Shown piece after piece: positions 46,997-56,651 of a stretch of DNA of 64,000 bases. Each line of letters starts with the position of its first letter. The stretch's first letter is position 1. The stretch covers positions 1-64,000 of the forward strand of contig JAZDNO010000029.1 of the NCBI GenBank assembly GCA_043799545.1, given 5' to 3'. A model generated the notes under the pieces. The model made no database searches. It saw nothing but the letters and a program-made list of their open reading frames with translations, and was not told the origin of the DNA. The translations under genes and the position numbers were made by a program. The stretch is from Methanobacteriota archaeon. Lineage in GTDB: Archaea; Thermoplasmatota; Thermoplasmata; SG8-5; DAIRED01.

Positions 46997-48154
46997 GTGA
47001 AAGGCTACCGCCTGGTCCTGCTCTCGATGGCGCTCACGTCCGTGATAAACGGCCTGCTTTATTCGGTGCTGGCGCTATACGTCTACAGTGCTAGCGAGGA
47101 CTTCTTCCTCGTTGGGCTGATGATGGCCCTGCCGTTCCTGGCGGCTGTGCCGATGACGTTCGTCTGGGGGGCTGTGTCCGACAGGATAGGCAGCAGGAAG
47201 ATGGTGATCGCCGGCGCGGGCCTCGCGGGGGGGGTCCTGTTCTTTCCGATGCCGTTCCTGGGAACAACGTGGCTCATAGCCCTGCGCTTCGTCCAGGTGG
47301 CGCTGACGACCTCGATAGTCCTGCTGAACGCGACCGTGACGGAGTTCTTCCCTGCGAAGAAGGGCAGCTCCGTCGGAGACCTGGCGCTCGTAGGCGGAGC
47401 GGGCCAGATGGCGGGGGCGCTCGCGGCCGGATTCTTGCTGCCGTACGGCGAGATGCACCAGGGCTCGGCAGCGCTGATGTCGGTATTCTTCCTTTCGGGG
47501 GTGCTGGTCATCGTCGCCTCACTCGCCGTCCTACCGATAGAGGAGGCCGGAAAGAAGGCGGTGGGCGTGAGGGCGAGGGACCTCCTGAAGTTCGGGGAGC
47601 GGAAGGGGATGGTTCCGGTTGTGCTCGCGGCGCTGGTCATCCCGCTGTCGGGGTACATAGTCTTCTCGGTATTCCCCGTTTACATAGGGAATCTGGACAT
47701 CCCCTGGGACGCGACTATGAAGGTGGGCGTCTTCACAGCGCTCTCGGCGGTCACGGGCATCTTCGCTTCTGGGTTCGCGGGACGGGCTTGCGACAGGTGG
47801 GGGCGCAGGTGGGTTCTCGTGGGCTCGGGTATCGCATACGTGCTCGTCTGGCTCGGCATGGGTTTCACACGCGACCCGTTCGTCACTGCGTTCTTCTGGG
47901 CCATGCCCGTGTGGTCGTTCTTCTACGTAAGCTCGACTGCGATGGTTTCAGACCTCACGCGCGAGGACGAGCGCGGGCGCGGAATCGGTCTCGTCAACTC
48001 GGCCATGAACCTCGGCGGTGCGGTCGGCGCAATCACCGCCGGGTACCTGCTGTCCAAGGGCGTTGTGGACAACGTATTCTTCGCAGCCGCGTTCGTTGCG
48101 GCAATCGGGACTTGCGCGGCATTCGCGTGCAGGGAAACGCTTGCCCGCGATTGA
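46997..48154 (+). CDS. MFS transporter
   Basis: About 12 TM helices; GAVSDRIGSRK and GRACDRWGRR motif A copies. Confidence 0.88.
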   Translation: MKGYRLVLLSMALTSVINGLLYSVLALYVYSASEDFFLVGLMMALPFLAAVPMTFVWGAVSDRIGSRKMVIAGAGLAGGVLFFPMPFLGTTWLIALRFVQVALTTSIVLLNATVTEFFPAKKGSSVGDLALVGGAGQMAGALAAGFLLPYGEMHQGSAALMSVFFLSGVLVIVASLAVLPIEEAGKKAVGVRARDLLKFGERKGMVPVVLAALVIPLSGYIVFSVFPVYIGNLDIPWDATMKVGVFTALSAVTGIFASGFAGRACDRWGRRWVLVGSGIAYVLVWLGMGFTRDPFVTAFFWAMPVWSFFYVSSTAMVSDLTREDERGRGIGLVNSAMNLGGAVGAITAGYLLSKGVVDNVFFAAAFVAAIGTCAAFACRETLARD

Positions 48155-48245
48155 GGCAATGGATGAGAGATAGGACGCATGGAGAATCGCTACAGGCATT
48201 CCGGGCCCGACAACCGTTAAATATCATTGCGCTCATGTTAGTATC

Positions 48246-51200
48246 ATGTGCGGGTTGCTCTGTCGCCTTTCTGCAGGGATATTGGCCATCGTCATGATAT
48301 CCGGCGCCATATTTCCATTGGCGAACGAATCGGCTGGCTCGGCGGTTCCGCGCGACGGAGGCGAGGCGTTCGGCCGCCGGATGGGGCTGCTGAGGGAGGA
48401 CCCCAGGAACTCGCCGATGCTGACGGAGGTATCCGCTGAACGAATCTGCGCGGCGTTCCCGGGTGCATTGCCGGCCTCGGTCGATAACTCCGCGGGCCTG
48501 CCCCCCATAGGCGACCAGGGCCACCAGGGTTCCTGCGTGGCATTTTCAGTCGGTTACTATCACACCACTTACATCGAAAACAAGGAGAACCCAATAAACA
48601 TGAAGAATCCGGCCAACCAGGTCAGTCCCGCGTTCGTGTACAACCATATAAATGGAGGCGAGGATGGCGGAGCGTACTTCGGCGATGCCGCGAACTTCAT
48701 AATGAGCCATGGAGCCTGCAGCATGGCAGAGATGCCCTACAACGACCATGAATGCACATCGTGGCCGTCGGACGACTGGAAGTACGTAAACGCACTCAAG
48801 AGGAGGGCAGCGGGGGCGTACTGGATAAACGTCGGTTGGAGCCCGGGGATTGAAGCTCTCAAGGCTCACCTAGCCAGCGGCAACACTGCTGTCTTGGGCA
48901 TAGAGTGCTGGGACACCTTCTTCGATATTGAATTCTACAACAACACCTACAGTTCGGCAGATCTCATCGGCAGCGATTGGGGCGGGCATGGCGTGTGCGT
49001 CGTGGGCTACGATGACTCCATGGAGACGCCGGACGGATACGGAGCTTTCCGGATAGCCAATTCATGGGGCACATACTGGGGGGATGACGGCTACTTCTGG
49101 ATGACTTACGAGGCCGTGATGGACCCCAGGATTTCCCAGCTATCGGTGATTTACCTCGAGAGCTTGGTGGATTACGAGCCTTTGATGGTGGCGAAGGCAA
49201 CATTCGACCATTCGCGCCGCGGCGACGTGACCAAATCTGACGGGCTCTGGATGGCCCTCTCAGTCGACGGAGAAGAGGCGTGGTCAAAACCGTTTTTCAA
49301 CGCTTCCGAGATGGAGGAATGGATGGAATATATTGGAGAGGACTACCAGGCAATTCCATTCCCTGACGGCCCCGTAGTTCTTGACCTCACAGAGGCGTAC
49401 TCCGAGCTGGGTCCTCCCGGTGCGGAAAACATTTTTTACCTGGTTGCAATGGATTCTGGGGCAACGGGCGGAGCCATCACCTCGCTCCAAATAATCGACG
49501 TTCCCGACTGGTCTGGAAACTGCACCCCCTGGGGCTCAAAGGAAATTCCTCCCGGAGGTTTCGCGGAGGTAGAGTTGTCGCTGGATAGAACAACATTCAA
49601 GCATCTGCCAATAAAAATCGAGGAATACCAGACGATGAAGATGAAAGCCATATCGGAGTTCTGGCAAGGCGCCGGGACTGTAGATGACCCGTACGTATTG
49701 TCCAGCTACGATATAGATGGTTCGGGATGGGGATTCTGCCTGGACGTGGCTTCTAAAAAAGATTGGGTTGTCGTGGAGAATTGCTCATTTTACGGCGCGA
49801 GCGGAACCGGATACGACCCAGTCGACACGGGGGTCCTCTTGCGCAACGTTTCCAGATGGTCGCTGTCTGGAAGCGATGTCTCCGGATGCGACTGCGGTGT
49901 CCTGATAATCGAAGGATGCGACGACAATTATGTTATAAACAATAACGTGCACGACAATATCCAATACGGGATATTCCTTGATATTACATCGGGGAACGCT
50001 GTTTACAACAACAACATCATTAACAACAGAATGCAAGCCGAGGACTACAGCGGTTTGAACCGTTGGGACGACCAGTATCCTGGGACTTACGCCGTGCCCT
50101 CCGAGGAAGCCGACCCGATAACAACCAGAACCGAGGAGACGCAATGGCTGGTCCCGGTCCACCAAGACTCGATATGGGCCCAGAACAATACAGAGGACTT
50201 CGTCAGGATGCTCGCGGGTGCAAATTATTCGCTCGCGATAAATTCCACGAACCTCCAGGCATTCGACGTATGGGTGAATGGGTACACGGACGCGAACGAC
50301 CTGGACATCGCAGTCTTCCTCGACGGCAACAACGGCCAGCCACTCGATGGAGCGGTACAGTGGCAGGAAGTACTTTCCGATTCCTCATTCGAATTCGATA
50401 TTTTCAACTCGTCAATCCCACTGGGCCATTATAGCTATTGCGCCGATGCCGACGCGAACGAGGGGATTCGCGTGCTGCATCCTGTGGACGGCACGTACTT
50501 CGTCAAGGTTCTGGGGTTCGACGTTCAAACCCCGCCAGGCGGTCATTTCGACATCCGGGTCGGGACTGAAACGGTCGAGGGCGCAATCCTGGCGAACCGT
50601 AACGTCATCACGGGAAGCGTGAACGTCACAAAAAACGAGATTTGTCGTTGGAAGGCATACCGCGAGGATGCCATTGACAACAATGCGGTGTATGACATGG
50701 ATGGAACCGAGGTCGTTACGTGGTACTTCGAACTTCCATGCATCCCCATGGCCGGAACGGTCGACCTCAGCTACTATTCCGATTCTGGAACGCCCGGAGA
50801 CGCGTCGGACGATTTCTGGGAATCGTTCGAAAGCATAGGCTTCGTCGAAGGTCTTGACTATTCAATCTACCCCGACGGGACGGTGGCAATATTCGCTTTT
50901 GACGGGACGGCAGGCGAGTCCTTGTATGCGAACTTTTCATACCTTTCTAGCATAGCAGTCCCGCCGTCTGGGTATACTGTGTTCGAAGAAGCCGGCGCAT
51001 TAATTTTCGATGAACCGCTCAGCTCGCATTTGTGCAATATCACTGTGATGTATTCGTATGTGAGTGTGGGTGGGGGGAATTACTGGTCGGATTACGCGGG
51101 CGAGGACGAACTCTCCGGGCCAGCCCAGGACCAGCCAGGATGCGATGGCTTCGGAGATTGGCCGTATATTGATATTCTCGGAGGCTATGGAGTCTGGGAC

Positions 51201-51767
51201 CTTTACCCTCTGATGGAGCCTTGGGGCGCTCCTCCGCCGTTGCCTCAGAGCTACTTCAGAGTGCCGGTCGTCGCCGGGTGGAACCTGATCTCAGTTCCGC
51301 TGACGCTCGCCGGTTCAAGCTTGCCCGCGCAGCTTCTCGACACTGACGGCGATACCTTCTGGGACCGCGCGGCGAGGTACGATCCCAACGACGCAGCCGA
51401 CAGATGGAAGCAGTACTACGATGCATGGCCGGTCAGTTTCAACGACTTCACATGCGTCGATTGCGCCGCCGGATTCTGGATAAACGTGACCGATGTCGGC
51501 GACGGATACATCAACCTGAGCGGAACCGTTCCAGTCTCGACGCATGTCACCCTCCGGGCCGGATGGAACCTCGTGGGGTATCCTACTTTAAACCCAAGCG
51601 TGATCGCTGCCGACGCATTCTGGGGTACTGGCGTTTACACGGTGGAGACCTTCGACCCGGGCGAAACGTACCTGACGAGCGCTGTGGGGCCGGGTCATGT
51701 AATGACCCCTGGCAGGGGTTATTGGGTGCACGTCGCCGCGGATACGGTCTGGACCGTGGATTGGTGA
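48246..51767 (+). CDS. Secreted C1A (papain-like) cysteine peptidase with NosD-like beta-helix and C-terminal GWNL(I/V)-repeat domain
   Basis: Signal peptide; DQGHQGSCVAF, GGHGVCVVGYDD, ANSWGTYWG; beta-helix repeats; terminal GWNLISVPL...GWNLVGYP. Confidence 0.85.
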   Translation: MCGLLCRLSAGILAIVMISGAIFPLANESAGSAVPRDGGEAFGRRMGLLREDPRNSPMLTEVSAERICAAFPGALPASVDNSAGLPPIGDQGHQGSCVAFSVGYYHTTYIENKENPINMKNPANQVSPAFVYNHINGGEDGGAYFGDAANFIMSHGACSMAEMPYNDHECTSWPSDDWKYVNALKRRAAGAYWINVGWSPGIEALKAHLASGNTAVLGIECWDTFFDIEFYNNTYSSADLIGSDWGGHGVCVVGYDDSMETPDGYGAFRIANSWGTYWGDDGYFWMTYEAVMDPRISQLSVIYLESLVDYEPLMVAKATFDHSRRGDVTKSDGLWMALSVDGEEAWSKPFFNASEMEEWMEYIGEDYQAIPFPDGPVVLDLTEAYSELGPPGAENIFYLVAMDSGATGGAITSLQIIDVPDWSGNCTPWGSKEIPPGGFAEVELSLDRTTFKHLPIKIEEYQTMKMKAISEFWQGAGTVDDPYVLSSYDIDGSGWGFCLDVASKKDWVVVENCSFYGASGTGYDPVDTGVLLRNVSRWSLSGSDVSGCDCGVLIIEGCDDNYVINNNVHDNIQYGIFLDITSGNAVYNNNIINNRMQAEDYSGLNRWDDQYPGTYAVPSEEADPITTRTEETQWLVPVHQDSIWAQNNTEDFVRMLAGANYSLAINSTNLQAFDVWVNGYTDANDLDIAVFLDGNNGQPLDGAVQWQEVLSDSSFEFDIFNSSIPLGHYSYCADADANEGIRVLHPVDGTYFVKVLGFDVQTPPGGHFDIRVGTETVEGAILANRNVITGSVNVTKNEICRWKAYREDAIDNNAVYDMDGTEVVTWYFELPCIPMAGTVDLSYYSDSGTPGDASDDFWESFESIGFVEGLDYSIYPDGTVAIFAFDGTAGESLYANFSYLSSIAVPPSGYTVFEEAGALIFDEPLSSHLCNITVMYSYVSVGGGNYWSDYAGEDELSGPAQDQPGCDGFGDWPYIDILGGYGVWDLYPLMEPWGAPPPLPQSYFRVPVVAGWNLISVPLTLAGSSLPAQLLDTDGDTFWDRAARYDPNDAADRWKQYYDAWPVSFNDFTCVDCAAGFWINVTDVGDGYINLSGTVPVSTHVTLRAGWNLVGYPTLNPSVIAADAFWGTGVYTVETFDPGETYLTSAVGPGHVMTPGRGYWVHVAADTVWTVDW

Positions 51768-51849
51768 CGGGCGTCGCGGGCTGACGTAAGGCAGGGCTGA
51801 CGCCCTCCACATCTGAACATTAAAATATCCCGACGGTTTACCAGCCCCC

Positions 51850-52803
51850 ATGACCGGAATGACCGTCGCAGTGGTTGGCGACGCTCTGTTCGCAGCGGAC
51901 CTGGGAAAGAAGGGAACTGTCTCCGACATCTCGTTCTACAACCTCAAGCGCGGGGACGTCGGCATCACTTACGTCGAGCCGTCGAGGTATCCGGAGAGAA
52001 TCCAGTCGCTCCTCACCGCGCTGGCGATGGCTGACTCGGTCGTTCTCGTCATCGAGAAGTTGGACCGGCTGGTCGGAGAGGCGATTGTAGCCATCGACTC
52101 TGTCGGCGTGCCGCGCGGGCACATCATCCTGAAGAACTTCGTCCAGCCGGAGGAAATCGCGCCGTACATTAAGGGCACGGTACTGGAGAGCTACACCCAG
52201 GAAGAGCCGGACACGAACAAGATGAACGACCGCCACGTCAACGCCGTTCTTCCGCCGTGCGACGGGCCTGTAAAGATACCCGTGGACCACCATTTCAACG
52301 TGAAGGGTGTCGGCGTTGTCATCCTGGGGTGCGTCAAGAGGGGTCAGGTGAAACTTCACGACGAGCTGCAGATTTACCCGACCGAAAAGACTGCGATGGT
52401 TCGCTCCATTCAGGTCCACGACACGGACGTCAAGCAAGCCGTCCTGGGAAACCGCGTCGGGCTGGCCGTGAAAAACGCGGAGGTCGAGGATTTTGACAGG
52501 GGCTACGTTCTGGCTCCCAAGGGCTCGCTCTCGAGCGCGGACGAGCTCTCCGTGGATTTCGCCGCGAGCAAGTTCTGGAAGGGCGAGATTGCAAAAGACT
52601 CGATAGTCCACGTCGCAGTCGGTCTGCAGATCCGGCCAGGCAAGGCAGTCGCTGTCGATGGAGGCTCCCTGAAGCCAGGGGCGACAGCGGCGCTCAAATT
52701 GAAGCTGGACAAACCAGTCGCTTACGAGAAAGGGGACCGCGCGATCGTCCTGGATCTCGACTCGAAGGGATTGAGAATCGTCGGGCGCGGAACGCTGGCC
52801 TGA
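51850..52803 (+). CDS. SelB/EF-Tu-like protein with degenerate G domain and beta-barrel domains II/III
   Basis: VDHHFNVKGVGVVILG, VRSIQVHD, GNRVGLAVK; no GxxxxGK P-loop. Confidence 0.75.
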   Translation: MTGMTVAVVGDALFAADLGKKGTVSDISFYNLKRGDVGITYVEPSRYPERIQSLLTALAMADSVVLVIEKLDRLVGEAIVAIDSVGVPRGHIILKNFVQPEEIAPYIKGTVLESYTQEEPDTNKMNDRHVNAVLPPCDGPVKIPVDHHFNVKGVGVVILGCVKRGQVKLHDELQIYPTEKTAMVRSIQVHDTDVKQAVLGNRVGLAVKNAEVEDFDRGYVLAPKGSLSSADELSVDFAASKFWKGEIAKDSIVHVAVGLQIRPGKAVAVDGGSLKPGATAALKLKLDKPVAYEKGDRAIVLDLDSKGLRIVGRGTLA

Positions 52804-52812
52804 GCGCCTTTC

Positions 52813-54735
52813 TCACGCCGCCTTCATTTCCACGCCCTTTGATGAAAGTATCCTGCAATTTCCCGGCGGCATCACCTGCATGATGTCGTCGAGCGGGAGG
52901 CCCAGCGCCTTCGACGCCTCCTTGGCAATGTCGGATTTCTTCACCTCGCCGGGGTCGAGGACGATGTACTTCGCGCAGTTCGCTTCCACGGCGGTTACCG
53001 GGCCGCACATTGCGAGGCTCTGCCCGCCGTATTCCAGCACTCCGAGAGCGCACCTCACCCGTATCTCCTGGGCGTAGTTGCGCTTGCCCCGGATGACGAA
53101 TGCGCCCTTCGCCAGATACTCCCCCGGATTCGGGGTCTTGCTGACCTGGTCGGGCGTCACCCAGTATGATGCCCCGGTTGCGAGCCCGGCGTTCCAGAGC
53201 TTCGAGAAGGTGAGCGAGAATTCGCAGGCCTCGCGCCTCGAGGAGTCGCCTATGTCGCGCGGCGAGCCGTCCGGGCCGAGGGCTTTCAGGATTGCGCTGG
53301 GCGCGCCATGGACCTCGGCGTGCGCGTATAAGTCCTGCTCCTTGAGGTGCTTCTTCACGGCCTGCTCGTTGGTCTTCGAGTCCTTTCCGGCAATCACCAG
53401 GTTCCCCTCGGATGTGACGAACCACCTGAATCTCTCAAACCAGAACAGCCTCCTCGCAGCCTTCTTGGGCTCGTGGTGCACCTTCGCCTGCTCCGCTCCC
53501 TTTGCCATGGTTTCTTCTAGGGCGCGCCTGGCCCCGTCGAGCCGTTCGCGGGATTTCTTAGCCACCTCGTACAGCCTGCCCGCGTTCTGGTTTATGTCCT
53601 TCCCCTTCTGGAGGATGGTCTCCCCGCCTTCGGGCGAGGGGATGGAGTAGAGGTGGTTGCGCGCGTCGACTATCTTCGCGCCTGTGATCATGGAGGACAC
53701 GTCCTCTAGCGGCACCGTCTTTATGCGTTCAATTATATGATTGTAATACTGATAGTTCGTGTACACGATTTCGGCCTTCTTTTCCAGTTCGGCTGTTTCC
53801 GTCTCCAGCCGCGCGATGGCGTTTCGCTGCTGCTCGATGGTGCGCTCCAGCGTGGCGCTCCTCTCCTCCGCCACCGTCTCCTCCCCCTCGTCCGCCATCC
53901 TGGGGTGGCTGTCGAAGTAGAACTGGACGGCCTCGCCGAACGTGACGAACACGCGCTCCAGCGCGCCCTCGTGTGTGCGTAGCCTGAAAGGCGAGAAATC
54001 TGTGGGATTCTCCATAGACATTATCGCGTAAGGCTCGATGGCGCCTGTCTCCGCAGCGGCCAGGAGGCCCATCACGGCCTTGTGCAGCCCTGCCACTTCT
54101 TCGCGCGTGAGCTGCGAGGCCTTCGCAGATTTCTCAATCCCGGCGATGGCGCACGCCTCCTCGGCGAACGGCCCGCCAAGGCCGGCAACTGAAGCGAGCG
54201 TCCGGACGATGTCGGACTTTGAGCCGGCGAGGACTTCGGCGGTCTTTTCCTCGGTCAGCTGCGTGATGTCCAGCGGTGGCGGTGGAGGCAGGTACGTCTC
54301 CTGGGATTTCAGGGTGCGCTTGGCCCACGAGCGGACAGTGAGCGGCTGGACGATGACACCGTCCTGTAGCAGTATCACGTTCCCGCTGCCGAACAGCTCG
54401 ACGACGAGCTCGCGCACTCCTTCCGCACCCGAGAAAGTGAAACGCACGATGCGGTCGAAGCCCTCCTGGCGCACGTCGACGAGCCTGGCGCCGGAGAGGT
54501 GCTTGCGCAGGAGCATCGCGAACGAAGTAGGCAGAGCCCCCTCGGGGAGGTCGGCGTCTCCGGCTATTACGAAGCTTCCGCTGGAGATGAGTATGGCCCC
54601 CTTGCGCTGGCCCTTGAGACGGACCAGCACGTTGAATCCGCCGAAGTGGTACGCCTTGTCGACGGTAAGCCCCACGAGCTCCCGCAGCTCGCGTATGACG
54701 CACCGCAGTTCGAGCGAGGACAGTTGCCTGCGCAT
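52813..54735 (-). CDS. rqcH: NFACT-family ribosome quality control protein (Rqc2/RqcH)
   Basis: FAMLLRKHLSG, FDRIV, ELFGSGN, WFERFRWF, IAGKD...NE, HAEVHGAPS, GAFVIRGKRNY. Confidence 0.92.
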   Translation of the reverse strand: MRRQLSSLELRCVIRELRELVGLTVDKAYHFGGFNVLVRLKGQRKGAILISSGSFVIAGDADLPEGALPTSFAMLLRKHLSGARLVDVRQEGFDRIVRFTFSGAEGVRELVVELFGSGNVILLQDGVIVQPLTVRSWAKRTLKSQETYLPPPPPLDITQLTEEKTAEVLAGSKSDIVRTLASVAGLGGPFAEEACAIAGIEKSAKASQLTREEVAGLHKAVMGLLAAAETGAIEPYAIMSMENPTDFSPFRLRTHEGALERVFVTFGEAVQFYFDSHPRMADEGEETVAEERSATLERTIEQQRNAIARLETETAELEKKAEIVYTNYQYYNHIIERIKTVPLEDVSSMITGAKIVDARNHLYSIPSPEGGETILQKGKDINQNAGRLYEVAKKSRERLDGARRALEETMAKGAEQAKVHHEPKKAARRLFWFERFRWFVTSEGNLVIAGKDSKTNEQAVKKHLKEQDLYAHAEVHGAPSAILKALGPDGSPRDIGDSSRREACEFSLTFSKLWNAGLATGASYWVTPDQVSKTPNPGEYLAKGAFVIRGKRNYAQEIRVRCALGVLEYGGQSLAMCGPVTAVEANCAKYIVLDPGEVKKSDIAKEASKALGLPLDDIMQVMPPGNCRILSSKGVEMKAA

Positions 54736-54814
54736 GGTTGGGTGAAGGGCCGCGCATACAATAACTTTGTCAAAAGGATATTATCCAACCTCTGCTTTAG
54801 GGCGCTTCGCGAGC

Positions 54815-54886
54815 GCCACTGTGGCTTAGTGGTATAGCGACTCCTTGGTAAGGAGTAGGTCGAGGGTTCAATTCCCTTCAGTGGCT
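54815..54886 (+). tRNA. tRNA-Thr (anticodon GGT)
   Basis: GCCACTG/CAGTGGC acceptor stem, ACTCC-TTGGTAA-GGAGT anticodon arm, GGTTCAATTCC T-arm; T-tract follows. Confidence 0.93.
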
Positions 54887-55100
54887 CAGTTTTTTTCTCT
54901 TCTATTCGCCTGAAGGGAATTGAACTTGACGAACACATGGGACGAAGGTTGCTTCTGGCCAAGTGTTCGTCGGTTCAAACGATCAGTGGCTCCTTCGCTT
55001 TGGTTTGAATCCTTGGATATGTAAACAATTATATCTCCGTCCATCCTTATTGACTTTGGATGCATTCGCTCTGTCGGCTCACGGCGTCGTGTTTTTGCGC

Positions 55101-56408
55101 ATGGGAGGCCGGCCTTTGGAAGTAGTCACCCTGATTATCATGCTCCTGGTCATCCTCGTTGCCGCGCGTCTCGCGGGTGAGGCCTCGGAGCGCTTCGGGC
55201 AGCCGGCGATTATCGGGGAGCTGCTGGCAGGGATAATCCTCGGTCCGACGCTGTTGGGTTTCCTCGACCCGCTGAGCTTGCCGCCCGAGGACTTGATGAA
55301 GGTCGTGCTGGATGTGGTTTCGACGCTGGCAATATTCTTCGTCGTGTTCTACGCCGGGCTGGAGATGAGCGTCAAGGACCTCACGTCGGCCGTGTGCGGC
55401 AAGGGGCTCTATTTCGCTGTGGGGAGCTTCGTCGTTACATTTCTGGCTGGATATGCCACCGGATTCTATTTCATGCAAGACCATGTCGGCGCCTCGTTCC
55501 TGGGCCTTTGCGTGGCGATAACGGCCCTCCCAGTATCGATAAAGCTGCTCGCGGACCTCGGCCGCCTGCACACGAGGACTGGCAACGCAATCATCGGCAC
55601 GGCGATGGTCCAGGACATCATCGCGATAACTGTCCTGAGCATCCTCATAGGCCTCAACGTCAAGATAGGCCATGCGACCCCGTTCACCATATTGATGATG
55701 GTAATGAAGATAACCATCTTCCTGCTCCTGATTTTCGCCCTCGAGAGGTCCTTCCACATCAAGGATGGCTGGCTCGCGGGGAAGCTCACGGCGACGATGT
55801 CGAAGGTCAAGAGCAAGGAGGGCCAGTTCTCGATAGCGGTGATAGTGGCCATGTACTTCGCAGTCATCGCCGAGTTCTTGGGGCTCAGCTACATCATCGG
55901 CGCCTTCTACGGCGGGCTCATATTCTCGAAATTCGCAGTGGGGGAGATGAACTTTGCGGCTATAAAACGAGGGACGTCTGGAATCGCCATGGGCTTCTTC
56001 GCGCCGATTTTCATCTGCTACATCGGCCTGATGTTCAACCTGAGGGAGCTGCTCCCCATCCTCGGCATGTTTCTTGTGGTCCTGATTGTCGCCGTCGTGA
56101 GCATGTTCGGGAGCGGCTACCTGGGGGCGCGGATGGCCGGATACAACGAGAAAGAAGCAAGAATCATTGGTGTGGGTATAAACACCCGCGGGATGATGGA
56201 GATGGTCGTGGCTCTCGTCGGTTACAATTACGGTTTCATAGATAAAAATTTCTTCTCGATACTCGTCGGAATGGCGCTTGTTACGACAATGGTGACTCCC
56301 TCATTACTGAAATATCTCTATGCCAGATTGCCCGAGGAAAAGGCGGCATCCGCAGAGGAGCGCGAGGAGCAGATCCTGAAGGAAATGCGCGAGTGGTTGA
56401 AGGGGTGA
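55101..56408 (+). CDS. Cation:proton antiporter (CPA2/KefB-like)
   Basis: PAIIGELLAGIILGP, ITALPVSIKLLADLG, IGAFYGGL, GINTRGMME. Start uncertain (ATG 55101 or TTG 55116). Confidence 0.88.
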   Translation: MGGRPLEVVTLIIMLLVILVAARLAGEASERFGQPAIIGELLAGIILGPTLLGFLDPLSLPPEDLMKVVLDVVSTLAIFFVVFYAGLEMSVKDLTSAVCGKGLYFAVGSFVVTFLAGYATGFYFMQDHVGASFLGLCVAITALPVSIKLLADLGRLHTRTGNAIIGTAMVQDIIAITVLSILIGLNVKIGHATPFTILMMVMKITIFLLLIFALERSFHIKDGWLAGKLTATMSKVKSKEGQFSIAVIVAMYFAVIAEFLGLSYIIGAFYGGLIFSKFAVGEMNFAAIKRGTSGIAMGFFAPIFICYIGLMFNLRELLPILGMFLVVLIVAVVSMFGSGYLGARMAGYNEKEARIIGVGINTRGMMEMVVALVGYNYGFIDKNFFSILVGMALVTTMVTPSLLKYLYARLPEEKAASAEEREEQILKEMREWLKG

Positions 56409-56562
56409 TTGTGAGCGGCGAGCGCAGGTCGACCCCCTACGGGGACGCTCGACCGACTTTGTGCGAGCCAGTTTCGAAGCTCGGAGGCATTCCCCGCCGG
56501 CACGGAAAACGAAGGTTGCGCCTGGCTCAGCGAAGGCCGCCCGTTGGCCCGCCCGAGGGCAC

Positions 56563-56576
56563 CGAAAGTTTATTAA
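56563..56576 (+). promoter_or_regulatory. Probable archaeal BRE-TATA promoter for the surface-protein gene
   Basis: CGAAAG followed by TTTATTAA about 75 nt upstream of ATG 56652. Confidence 0.45.
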
Positions 56577-56651
56577 CGTAGAGTTGTTGTCCGACTTTAC
56601 CCAAAACCATTCCAACGTAAGTAGAAATATTACAAACCAGAGGGATTTGAA

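Noticed and set aside
50082-51070. Intein in the C1A protease
   Set aside because: No N-terminal Cys/Ser block A or terminal His-Asn; the insert looks like ordinary extracellular domains.
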